This document shows positions 35,801 through 48,597 of a stretch of DNA of 64,000 nt, piece by piece (position 1 is the first letter of the stretch; each line of letters opens with the position of its first letter). A program made the translations under genes and the position numbers. The notes below the pieces were generated by a model, which saw only the letters and a program-made list of their open reading frames with translations, searched no databases and was not told the origin of the DNA. Source of the stretch: Eukaryota sp. TZLM1-RC (taxonomy: Eukaryota > Protista > Metamonada: BaSk clade); NCBI GenBank assembly GCA_040285825.1, contig JAUPSS010000001.1:1-64000 (forward strand). The letters are read 5' to 3'.

Positions 35801-37466
35801 AATTAAAAGTAAATTTGTTCAGCTTCCACCCACTCATCAAGGATTTAATAGTGGTCAGTAAATACTTCAGCTTCTTTTGCCTTATAACTGCCTTTTTGTT
35901 TAAAGCGCGAACCAAAAGATTAGAATCAGAATATATCACAATTTCTTGGGGACAATTTTCCAGTAAAAGTAGTGAACAGAGAGCAACTCTTACAGCTTCA
36001 AACTCTCCATAATTGTGAGTGTTTTGATGTAAAGGCCCATAAAATGAGTAAGTTTCGCTATTATATACATAATAGACTCCAAAACCACATTTACCCTTTG
36101 TTTTCAGGAAAGAACCATCTGTGTAAATCTTTAAAGGACTAGCATTAGTATCGGCATTCATAGTTGTATTCAAAGCAGTTGTTTCTTCAGGTACAATGCA
36201 GACGGGAGAATCAGGAGCATTGTCTATAGTTTCCATGGGGCGTTCAGAAAGAGCGAGATTGTGAGCTGTGGTAGGAGGGTGAGTGGAGTCATCACAATCA
36301 AAAGAATGTGTGGAAGGGTCAGTCATATTAGAAATAGTATCATTATCAGGAGTCATTGAAGAAGGAACAGAATGTAAATTATCTGAATCAGGATTAGTTG
36401 CAAGAGGGCCCTGTTGATACCCAAACCCAAGACCATAACGTTGGCTTGGGTTAATCGGTTGATGGTACAATTGAATAGGAGAGTCCTCAGAAGGAAGAGG
36501 AGGACTCTCTGAATTATTGACAGATTCACTGAGAGAAAATGCACAACCTTTCTTAGTTATATGCATCCCGATGCCTTCTACAGAAATGATGTCAGAGCAG
36601 CTACATCTTGTGTACCCATTGCCTTTTAAGACATCAAGGCTGACATCAGGATGCATTTTCATCAAATGCCTTGTCAACCCAGACCGCTTAGAGAACGGTT
36701 CAGTTCTGGGGCAGAGCGAGACAAAGCAGCAGAACTTTCTTTCTCTACGATTTTGACAAACACCTGAAATTTGGTCTAAATTTTGGAGATCAGCAGAGAG
36801 AGGATCATCACAAAGGGACACAGGGCAAAAACCCCCCTTCCCACCACAGTGGTTATTTGTAGCGAGCCGAAGCTCACTACGAGAATCGATCACGTCATTG
36901 CTGACGTGATCGCTGGAATTAGCACCTCTCAATGGAGAGGCACTAGACAATGTGCGTGTGGTGGGATTCGAACTCAGGACCGCAACCTCTGAGTCAAAGG
37001 TCTTATCCACTAGACCAGGTGAGCGCTGATAACTATCATATGGAGTTGCAAGGTGAGAACTATCTGGATCAGAGTGCGCTGTTTGAAGAGAGAATTCAGT
37101 AGCGTCTGAAACGGAGATTGGAGAAATGTGATTGAAAGAATCTGAGGAAGGGTCAGTGCAAAGTTGATCGGAGGAAGTGGGTGGGTCATCAGAGGTAAGT
37201 TGTGAAATGGAGAAAGAGGACTTATCTTCCGTATATAAAGGTGGAGTTTGGTCATAGGAAGAAGCCAACACTAGATTTCGGCCAGATTCATGAGAATCTG
37301 CCACGGACAGCTCTATAGCACTAGGGCTATTCTGCTCGATGCCGCTGACATCGGCAGTCATGTTGGACTCTTCTAGACCTTCCAAAAGAGAAGAGAATTC
37401 TGAAGGAGATAAAGAAGGTTGAGACTTTGAGGGCATAAAAAACCCTGTAAGAGATGTCTGCCTCAT
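32890..37466 (-). CDS. Family C polyprotein (~1525 aa; one frameshift near 34315): PIP box - ZnF pair - RNase H - ZnF pair - RT - CCHC/RLE
   Basis: 1067-aa and 464-aa ORFs join at SEK/GVKQGDPLGP across a short homopolymer; IYTDGS, GEFEA, YSDS, HVGLHGNQMADKLAK; YLDD; CALC..H..C, KHD, RIDL, YDLT, KIEKY. Confidence 0.92.
36952..37024 (-). other. tRNA-derived cassette (A box and B box) in frame within the element C ORF
   Basis: Same cassette as 7776-7846; translated as RSPGLVDKTFDSEVAVLSSNPTTRT. Confidence 0.7.
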
Positions 37467-37532
37467 ACAAAGGCGGTGGGAACAGGGAGATAGGACGTGA
37501 GTTGCAGGGAAAAAAAAAAAAAAAAAAAAATC

Positions 37533-40044
37533 GTTGCGCGGTGATCTGCTCTTTGGTTAATTGAAATGGCGTAACATCGCGTTCGAGTAAAGCCATCGCC
37601 TTACTACATGAACCATCTCTAACCAACTCCATCGCCCTCCTTGACTGCTCTTTCGCGATTCCCTCTTCAGTTCTATTTTTTCTTTTAAGATTATCAGGCC
37701 TTAAAAGATTAACCACCTCGTTGCATGTTATTTCGTCCTGATTATTACGATTGATAAGATCAATAAGACGATTAAGCTGGGTGAAACAATTTCCCTTTCT
37801 ACCATATAGAAAAACATAAGGGGAAATCAATAAATACATCCATTTTTGAGTCATCGTGGCATCACTATTAGCAATGCTTCCAATAACTCCTCTCCAAGTA
37901 CCCTTGGACCGAAGTCTAGCGTACCTGGTGGATGCAATTTCATGGTAGAGTACTCTAAACAATTCCGCACTAAGTACAGGCAGTTCTTTGTACTCTAGAC
38001 CAGCTTCAGGCATGCATACCTTCTTATGATTTGTTAGCCCAGTCGAAGTGAAAACACCTCTACAGGAAGGGCACACACCGTATCCCTTTGCTGCTAACTC
38101 ATCATCCGTGACCCCCGGATGAAACCTCGCCAAATGCTCTAAGAGCTTATTGTTATTAGGAAAAGTCCAGTCACAACTGGTAACTGGACAAACTTTTTAA
38201 CTTTTCCCTTACAATACTTTTTATGGATGTTAATTGATTTGGGTTGATCTTTCACCACTGTTCTGCATTTACCGCAGCGGTGGAATCCATTCGCTTTATA
38301 TTGAGAATCAGGGATGTCCCCGTGCTCTACACTCAGGTGATTGTGTAGGCTTTTAATTGTATTGAATGTGAACTCACATTCTTCGACGAAACACGTGGTC
38401 AGCTTAATAGTTCCTTGTGATCGTCTTCCTATTGGTTTCTCTAGGCTTGGACTTGGAGAGTGATCTCTAGTTTCGGCCGCCAATAGGTCCCTGATATCTC
38501 GCGGGGGGTCTTGAGGGGTTAGAACTGGTTTGACTGGTTTGTTTTTCTTTGCCTGGAAGGACAAACTCTAAACCTTCTTTTAATTTTGATTGTGGTTGTT
38601 GAGTGCAATCCTCGACACTCATTGCTCTAATTGGAACATATGTAAAATTAGGTGACTTATCACCTACAATGCTGTTTTTTGCAAAACGCAGAGCCATTTT
38701 CATTCGTTCCTTTGTTAATTTATTCGCAGCACTGGAGACACCTTTTACTTTCTCCAATGTTAATACATAGGGTAACCCTTCCCTTTTAGAGCATATTTTA
38801 TTAATAACAGGTCTCAGCTGTGTTACATTCACTGTTGACCTACCCATAATTCTCTCGAAGGCCCAGTCGCAATCGGTGATAATCACTGCAGATTGCATAT
38901 CCCGAGGACGTACCTCAGGTTTTTCAATTAGGAGCATTGCTGCCAGCAAAGCATGGCTTTCTGCACCTAGACCGGTTGTAACGCCTTCACAAGGTCCGTA
39001 GTAATCTAAATAATGGTCCCCGTTATAATACATAACGATTCCCATTCCCGTCCTTGTATTTGACTTGGGTATGCTTCTAAATGCACCACTTGCGTAGATC
39101 ATTAGAGCATTTTTGAGGATTGGGGATTCTATGTTTAGGCCCTGTACTCTCCGAATCCTTAAAAGAGACAGTGCCACTGTGTGCTGGTTTTAAACCTGAT
39201 TTTAGGTGTTTCTTTGCTGTTGATACACCTCGCTGATGAGTGTTTCTTGCTGTTGATACAGCTAGCTGGTGGGTGTTTTTTTGCTGTTGATACACCTAAC
39301 TTAGGTGTTTTACTCGTTGATGTGACACCTTGTCTAGGTTTTCCCGCTGTTGAATGTCTTTTTGACCTTTTCTTAATGCAATCAATTTCAATGTGAGAGC
39401 CAGAGTTTAAATTTTCGTTACCAATAAAAGGTAGGCTTGTGCCCTCCCTATCCTCCGAAGAGGAATCGGGAGAGCGAGAACGTAAACTGCTAGAAGGACC
39501 TGACATATCATGAATTTTTTTGAAAGAAGAAAAAGAAAAATATATTTATAACCACTCGGTATTCAGTGATTGTTGTATTTTTTTTTGTTTGTATTTATTT
39601 CTCACCTAAGGTTAGTTTTTTTTGTTCGGTCCCCTTCCCAATTAGCTTACGAAGGTTTCCTCATGAGAAGTCGACAGTGTCATACTCATAATACCTGCTC
39701 TAAGTAAAACACTGTTGATCCTAGTTTGCCTTATATGAATATAAGTCATTCTTGAATCACTTACCCTCCTCGAAGACTAAATAAAGGAATTCTTTGTCCC
39801 AGGAAAATTTTCAAGAAAAAACCCCCAACAATGGAATCCATTGATGAGGGTTGTGACAAATCTAATGTTGAAAAATGTTTGTTAAGTCCTATGTCCCAAA
39901 TGCTACACGGGAATACCCTACGCCCACTAATAGTATATGAACCCCTCCGACAAGGTAATATACTAAAGTGTTGAAATGGAATAGGTAAACAAGACTATGT
40001 CTGAACACCGAATTTGTAAATCTTCCCCGGAAACGGAGGGGTTT
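37533..40044 (-). mobile_element. Family B copy B2: 5' half only, broken just before the RT core
   Basis: Near-identical to 24035-26544 apart from homopolymer indels; joined to element C through A21-TC (37510-37532). Confidence 0.93.
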
Positions 40045-43000
40045 ACACCAAAAATGTGATCAAGAACACATGTTGTATTTATAAACTTGAAAACTTCTCT
40101 TGTAAAATGCGCCATTCGTTTCCATTTTTTCAAAGGCAAGATAACCATGTATAAATTGTTGCAAATGTTGTAAAAAGATTATCAACAAAGGAATTCAAAT
40201 CAAATGAATGACATGAACATTGGTTTTTAATGATGTATAAAGCTTTTAAATTTTGAAAAGATACTGACCTAATCAAAAGAATGATAATCGTGCAGAAAAT
40301 AGCGTTACCGTTGCCATATACAAACGATCACCTTTTTGATTCAAATCAAACAAACGATATCTGTTTCTAGAATACATTCAAAATGAAAGTGAAATTGTAA
40401 ATTTTTTTGGAATTTATTTTTTTGTTTCTGTGAAATAACAAAAGTAAAATAATTTTTCTTTATCAATGTAAAAGTTCATGCAACAATGTTTTTCTACACC
40501 AAAAATGTGATCAAGAACACATGCTGTATTTATAAACTTGAAAACTTCTCTTGTAAAATGCGCCATTCGTTTCCCATTTTTTTCAAAGGCAAGATAACCA
40601 TGTATAAATTGTCGCAAATGTTGTAAAAAGATTATCAACAAAGGAATTCAAATCAAATGAATGACATGAACATTGGTTTTAATGATGTATAAAGCTCATA
40701 AATTTTGAAAAAGATACTGACCTAATCAAAAGAATGATAATCGTGCAGAAAATAGCGTTACCGTTGCCTTTTACAAACGATCACCTTTTGATTCAAGTCA
40801 AAAAAATGATATCTGTTTTTAGAATACATTCAAAATGAAAGTGAAACTGTAAATTTTTTAAAAATTTATTTTTTTGTTTCTGTCAAATAACAAAAGTAAA
40901 ATAATTTTCTTTATATAAAATATTTATTTTTATTCCACAACAAATATGAAATACACAATTAAAACTCCACATCCTCAAAACCTGCCTCCCTACATCAAAA
41001 CAATTAATCGCTAAAGATTCAGAAAATTTCCCAAAAGAAGATAGTGAATCAGAAATTAGTGTTACCATTCCCTTAAAAATAGAAAATACAATCCTGTTTT
41101 TCCAGTAAACACGATTGAAAATTCTTCCAGTTCTTTCCTTTACAACTACAACAAAATCCTCAAGGAAAGCCATAGCAGCCTTACCTAGAGATCCAAGCAA
41201 AGAAAAAAACAAATGGACATAAATTATATTGGGCATGAGAATTTTCATTAACCGAGGAAATGGGTTTCGCATATTTAGCAATTTTATATTTTTCGCCTGC
41301 AAGAAGAGGATTATTTACATCCGAGTTAATGAAATGTTCGTTAGAGGAATTACAAGGGTCAATAGACATGGCGTCCAAAATAGTAAAACTACCATTTAAA
41401 CCAGGAACAACTAGATCACCTCTAGTCAGACCCATAGAAGCTCTGTTGTAACGCGTACTATCAATATTGGGATCATCAAGAATTAATTTTGATAACAGCG
41501 GTTCTAAAAAGGAATCTACACGATATGATTTGCACATTACATAAATTTGGTCCCTGACGTTATTATGCACTTTGCTTCTAAACGTAATGAAATGTTTACA
41601 GTTCAAAAGATGAGTAAACAAAAGAGGTTTACCACATTTACAAGTTAAATGATTGGGCAAATTGTTTGGCCACAAAAAACAACGAAAACGCAAGTTTAGA
41701 AGCCATTCATTGTCTTTTAACAAAAGTCCATAAACAGAGGGAACTTGAGTTACTAAAGCAGCAGCAGAACTATCACGAATATCCTTTAAAAAATTACCTT
41801 TAATTTAATTTTCTTTATCAATGTAAAAGTTCACGCAACAATGTTTTTTTACACCAAAAATGTGATCAAAAACCAGTGGTGCTATTCATAAATTGAAAAC
41901 TTCTCCTGTAAATTGCGCCATTCGTTTCGATTTTTTCAAAGGCAAGATAACCATGTATAAATTGTCGCAAATGTTGTAAAAAGATTATCAACAAAGGAAT
42001 TCAAATCAAATGAATGACATGAACATTGGTTTTAATGATGTATAAAGCTCTTAAATTTTGAAAAAGATACTGACCTAATCAAAAGAATGATAATCGTGCA
42101 GAAAATAGCGTTACCGTTGCCATATACAAACGATCACCTTTTGATTCAAATCAAACAAACGATATCTGTTTCTAGAATACATTCAAAATGAAAGTGAAAT
42201 TGTAAATTTTTTTGGAATTTATTTTTTTGTTTCTGTGAAATAACAAAAGTAAAATAATTTTCTTTATCAATGTAAAAGTTCATGCAACAATGTTTTCTAC
42301 ACCAAAAATGTGATCAAGAACACATGCTGTATCTATAAACTTGAAAACTTCTCTTGTAAAATGCGCCATTCGTTTCCATTTTTTCAAAGGCAAGATAACC
42401 ATGTATAAATTGTCGCAAATGTTGTAAAAAGATTATCAACAAAGGAATTCAAATCAAATGAATGACATGAACATTGGTTTTAATGATGTATAAAGCTCTT
42501 AAATTTTGAAAAGATACTGACCTAATCAAAAGAATGATAATCGTGCAGAAAATAGCGTTACCGTTGCCATATACAAACGATCACCTTTTGATTCAAATCA
42601 AACAAACGATATCTGTTTCTAGAATACATTCAAAATGAAAGTGAAATTGTAAATTTTTTTGGAATTTATTTTTTTGTTTCTGTGAAATAACAAAAGTAAA
42701 ATAATTTTCTTTATCAATGTAAAAGTTCATGCAACAATGTTTTTCTACACCAAAAATGTGATCAAGAACACATGCTGTATCTATAAACTTGAAAACTTCT
42801 CTTGTAAAATGCGCCATTCGTTTCCATTGTTTCAAAGGCAAGATAACCATGTATAAATTGTCGCAAATGTTGTAAAAAGATTATCAACAAAGGAATTCAA
42901 ATCAAATGAATGACATGAACATTGGTTTTAATGATGTATAAAGCTCAAAATTTTGAAAGAAATACTAATCTAATCAAAAAAATGATAATCGTACAGAAGT

Positions 43001-44879
43001 TAGCGTAACCGTTGCCATATACGAACACATGCAGAAAACAGAAAAGCAAAACCAAAATTAATTGCATTATGGGTTGGTAAAATTCCAATGTCAAAATTGG
43101 AAAATCTGAAGTTTGAAACCTCCAACCTGAGCTACCTTCTGCGGTTTTTCTCATTTCCGTACTCCGACTTTGGGATGCGTCTGTAACTTCAAACACATTA
43201 TACTCTTAGTGCCATGATTCTTGGGGGCAGAAGGGTAGACATCACAATTGCCATCAGTGCAGCAGCCTTGCCTAGCGCATTTTGGCTTTCTATTCCGTAA
43301 ATCTTGTACCTATCGGTTATTGTAAGTGTTTCGTTTGACTCAATCACTGTTTTGATCTCAATTGTTCATGGATTGGCTTGATGTCTTCACCGTTGTACTT
43401 TCTTCTTGATGAAGACTCTATCATAATAAAGTTTTTCTGGACAGTATTCTTTTCAGTACATACATCATCTTTTCTGCCAACACTATTGTTTTCAAGATTG
43501 CCATTGAAACAGAATACATAAATCATTTCTTCATGTATCAAACCTGCCTTGTATCACTTGTGCATAAGCATGTTTTCACAGAAAGTGTGAAAACACAATA
43601 ACATTCAACAGCGTTTGAAACACTCATATGGATATTACAATTCAAAGATTTATTGTCAAGTGTGGAGTCTTTTTGTCATATATGAAATGGGGATTTCAAA
43701 TGAAAACTATGACAAATTGTTTTAGCTTTTTGGTGCAGTATTTTTGATCAATAGAGCATCTAGTTTTGTGTACTGATTTTGCAATAAAAGTGTTTGTTGA
43801 ATTTATGAAATTTTAAACTTATTTTTATTTATGTTTAATAAAAAAAGAAAAATTTCTTTATCAATGTAAAAGTTCACGCAACAATGTTTTTTACACCAAA
43901 AATGTGATCAAGAACACATGTTGTATTTATAAACTTGAAAACTTCTCTTGTAAAATGCGCCATTCGTTTCGATTATTTCAAAGGCAAGATAACCATGTAT
44001 AAATTGTCGCAAATGTTGTAAAAAGATTATCAACAAAGGAATATAAATCAAATGAATGACATGAACATTGGTTTTAATGATGTATAAAGCTCATAAATTT
44101 TGAAAAAGATTCTGATCTAATCAAAAGAATGATAATCGTGCAGAAAATAGCGTTACCGTTGCCATATACAAACGATCACCTTTTGATTCAAGTCAAACAA
44201 ACGATATCTGTTTCTAGAATACATTCAAAATGAAAGTGAAACTGTAAATTTTTAAAAATTTATTTTTTGTTTCTGTCAAATAACAAAAGTAAAATAATTT
44301 TTCTTTATCAATGTAAAAGTTCACGAAACAATGTTTTTCTACACCAAAAATGTGAACAAGAACACATGCTGTATCTATAAACTTGAAAACTTCTCATGTA
44401 AAATGCGCCATTCGTTTCCATTTTTCAAAGGCAAAAACCATGTATAAATTGTCGCAAATGTTGTAAAAAGATTATCAACAAAGGAATATAAATCAAATGA
44501 ATGACATGAACATTGGTTTTAATGATGTATAAAGCTCATAAATTTTGAAAAAGATACTGACCTAATCAAAAGAATGATAATCGTGCAGAAAAGAGCGTTA
44601 CCGTTGCCATATACAAACGATCACCTTTTGATTCAAATTAAACAAACGATATCTGTTTCTAGAATACATTCAAAATGAAAGTGAAACTGTAAATTTTTTT
44701 GGACTTTATTTTTTTGTTTCTGTCAAATAACAAAGAAAACTAATTTTCTTTATCAATGTAAAAGTTCACGCAACAATGTTTTTCTACACCAAAAATGTGA
44801 TCAAAAACAAGTGGTGCTATTCATAAATTGAAAACTTCTCCTGTAAATTGCGCCATTCGTTTCGATTTTTTTAAAGGCA
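40045..44879. repeat. Tandem repeat B array, second copy, with the same interruptions
   Basis: Collinear with 26545-30833 at an offset of ~13.5 kb, plus about one extra unit. Confidence 0.95.
40915..41805 (-). mobile_element. Family D fragment, duplicated copy
   Basis: Near-identical to 27414-28305; TSD taattttctttat at 40902-40914 and 41806-41818. Confidence 0.85.
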
Positions 44880-47800
44880 GAACTTCATATGAGCCTCAGT
44901 AAATCGTATCAAAAACGATACTCTTACACTTACAGCAATTGTTTTATTAGTTTACAACATTCAATTGTATACTTTTTGATTTTTACTTTTTACAATTTAA
45001 TGTTTAAAAATTAATACACTCAATTAATTCAAATATATACAAAATCATTTGAAAATGTAATCATGAGTTTGTACTGATCAAGTAACACATAGCCAACATT
45101 ACTAACACACAATTTCACACAAAGTTTGATCACAAGTTGATCACATCTAGTACATAAAGACTACATGCAACTCATCTAATCATACCAATGACCATTCAAC
45201 CAATCATACCAATGACTAATCAAATGACCATAGCACGGACTTTTAACACCACAATTTTTATATTAATTGTCCCAAAATGGACTTTAAAGATTTGACCAAT
45301 GATTGTAATAAACAACCATTGGTCAATATATGAAACTAGGAACTTCATATGAGCCTCAGTAAATCGTATCAAAAACGATACTCTTACACTTACAGCAATT
45401 GTTTTATTAGTTTACAACATTCAATTGTATACTTTTTGATTTTTTACTTTTTTTACAATTTAATGTTTAAAAATTAATACACTCAATTAATTCAAATATA
45501 TACAAAATCATTTGAAAATGTAATCATGAGTTTGTACTGATCAAGTAACACATAGCCAACATTACTCACACAATTTTCACACAAAGTTTGATCACAAGTT
45601 GATCACATCTAGTACATAAGGACTACATGCAACTCACCAAATCACACCAATGACCATTCAACCAATCAAAACCAATGACTACTCAAATGACCATAGCACG
45701 GACTTTAACACCACAATTGTTATATTAATTGTCCCAAAATGGACTTTTAAAGATTTGACCAATGATTGTAATAAACAACCATTGGTCAATATACGAAACT
45801 AGGAACTTCATATGAGCCTCAGTAAATCGTATCAAAAACGATACTCTTACACTTACAGCAATTGTTTTATTAGTTTACAACATTCAATTGTATACTTTTT
45901 GATTTTTTACTTTTTACAATTTAATGTTTAAAAAATTAATACACTCAATTAATTCAAATATATACAAAAATCATTTGAAAAATGTAATCATGAGTTTGTA
46001 CTGATCAAGTAACACATAGCCAACATTACTCACACACAATTTCACACAAAGTTTGATCACAAGTTGATCACATCTAGTACATAAAGACTACATGCAACTC
46101 ACCAAATCACACCAATGACCATTCAACCAATCAAACCAATGACTACTCAAATGACCATAGCACGGACTTTAACACCACAATTGTTATATTAATTGTCCCA
46201 AAATGGACTTTAAAGATTTGACCAATGATTGTAATAAACAACCATTGGTCAATATACGAAACTAGGAACTTCATATGAGCCTCAGTAAATCGTATCAAAA
46301 ACGATACTCTTACACTTACAGCAATTGTTTTATTAGTTTACAACATTCAATTGTATACTTTTTGATTTTTTACTTTTTTTACAATTTAATGTTTAAAAAA
46401 TTAATACACTCAATTAATTCAAATATATACAAAATCATTTGAAAATGTAATCATGAGTTTGTACTGATCAAGTAACACATAGCCAACATTACTAACACAC
46501 AATTTCACACAAAGTTTGATCACAAGTTGATCACATCTAGTACATAAAGACTACATGCAACTCATCTAATCATACCAATGACCATTCAACCAATCATACC
46601 AATGACTAATCAAATGACCATAGCACGGACTTTAACACCACAATTGTTATATTAATTGTCCCAAAATGGACTTTAAAGATTTGACCAATGATTGTAATAA
46701 ACAACCATTGGTCAATATACGAAACTAGGAACTTCATATGAGCCTCAGTAAATCGTATCAAAAACGATACTCTTACACTTACAGCAATTGTTTTATTAGT
46801 TTACAACATTCAATTGTATACTTTTTGATTTTTACTTTTTACAATTTAATGTTTAAAAATTAATACACTCAATTAATTCAAATATATACAAAATCATTTG
46901 AAAATGTAATCATGAGTTTGTACTGATCAAGTAACACATAGCCAACATTACTAACACACAATTTCACACAAAGTTTGATCACAAGTTGATCACATCTAGT
47001 ACATAAAGACTACATGCAACTCATCTAATCATACCAATGACCATTCAACCAATCATACCAATGACTAATCAAATGACCATAGCACGGACTTTAACACCAC
47101 AATTTTATATTAATTGTCCCAAATGGACTTTAAGATTTGACCAATGATTGTAATAAACAACCATTGGTCAATATACGAAACTAGGAACTTCATATGAGCC
47201 TCAGTAAATCGTATCAAAACGATACTCTTACACTTACAGCAATTGTTTTTATTAGTTTACAACATTCAATTGTATACTTTTTGATTTTTTACTTTTTACA
47301 ATTTAATGTTTAAAAATTAATACACTCAATTAATTCAAATATATACAAAATCATTTGAAAATGTAATCATGAGTTTGTACTGATCAAGTAACACATAGCC
47401 AACATTACTAACACACAATTTCACACAAAGTTTGATCACAAGTTGATCACATCTAGTACATAAAGACTACATGCAACTCACCAAATCAAACCAATGACCA
47501 TTCAACCAATCAAACCAATGACTACTCAAAATGACCATAGCACGGACTTTAACACCACAATTGTTATATTAATTGTCCCAAAATGGACTTTAAGATTTGA
47601 CCAATGATTGTAATAAACAACCATTGGTCAATATACGAAACTAGGAACTTCATATGAGCCTCAGTAAATCGTATCAAAAACGATACTCTTACACTTACAG
47701 CAATTGTTTTATTAGTTTACAACATTCAATTGTATACTTTTTGATTTTCTACTTTTTTTACAATTTAATGTTTAAAAATTAATACACTCAATTAATTCAA

Positions 47801-48597
47801 ATATATACAAAATCATTTGAAAATGTAATCATGAGCTTGTACTGATCAAGTAACACATAGCCAACATTACTAACACACAATTTCACACAAAGTTTGATCA
47901 CAAGTTGATCACATCTAGTACATAAAGACTACATGCAACTCACCAAATCATACCAATGACCATTCAACCAATCATACCAATGACTAATCAAATGACCATA
48001 GCACGGACTTTAACACCACAATTGTTATATTAATTGTCCCAAAATGGACTTTAAAGATTTGACCAATGATTGTAATAAACAACCATTGGTCAATATACGA
48101 AACTAGGAACTTCATATGAGCCTCAGTAAATCGTATCAAAAACGATACTCTTACACTTACAGCAATTGTTTTATTAGTTTACAACATTCAATTGTATACT
48201 TTTTGATTTTTTACTTTTTTTACAATTTAATGTTTAAAAATTAATACACTCAATTAATTCAAATATATACAAAATCATTTGAAAATGTAATCATGAGTTT
48301 GTACTGATCAAGTAACACATAGCCAACATTACTAACACACAATTTCACACAAAGTTTGATCACAAGTTGATCACATCTAGTACATAAAGACTACATGCAA
48401 CTCATCTAATCATACCAATGACCATTCAACCAATCATACCAATGACTAATCAAATGACCATAGCACGGACTTTAACACCACAATTGTTATATTAATTGTC
48501 CCAGAATTGACTTTAAAGATTTGACCAATGATTGTAATAAACAACCATTGGTCAATATACGAAACTAGGAACTTCATATGAGCCTCAGTAAATCGTA
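44880..48597 (-). repeat. Tandem repeat A, ~8 copies, with no adjoining 28S gene
   Basis: Same ~463-bp unit. Confidence 0.96.

Larger units (their letters stand above)
32856..37509 (-). mobile_element. 28S-inserted CRE-clade non-LTR retrotransposon, family C, full-length (~4.65 kb)
   Basis: Junction tcagt|ttattaaatc at the same 28S nucleotide as family A; RT and RLE clearly diverged from A. Confidence 0.93.
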
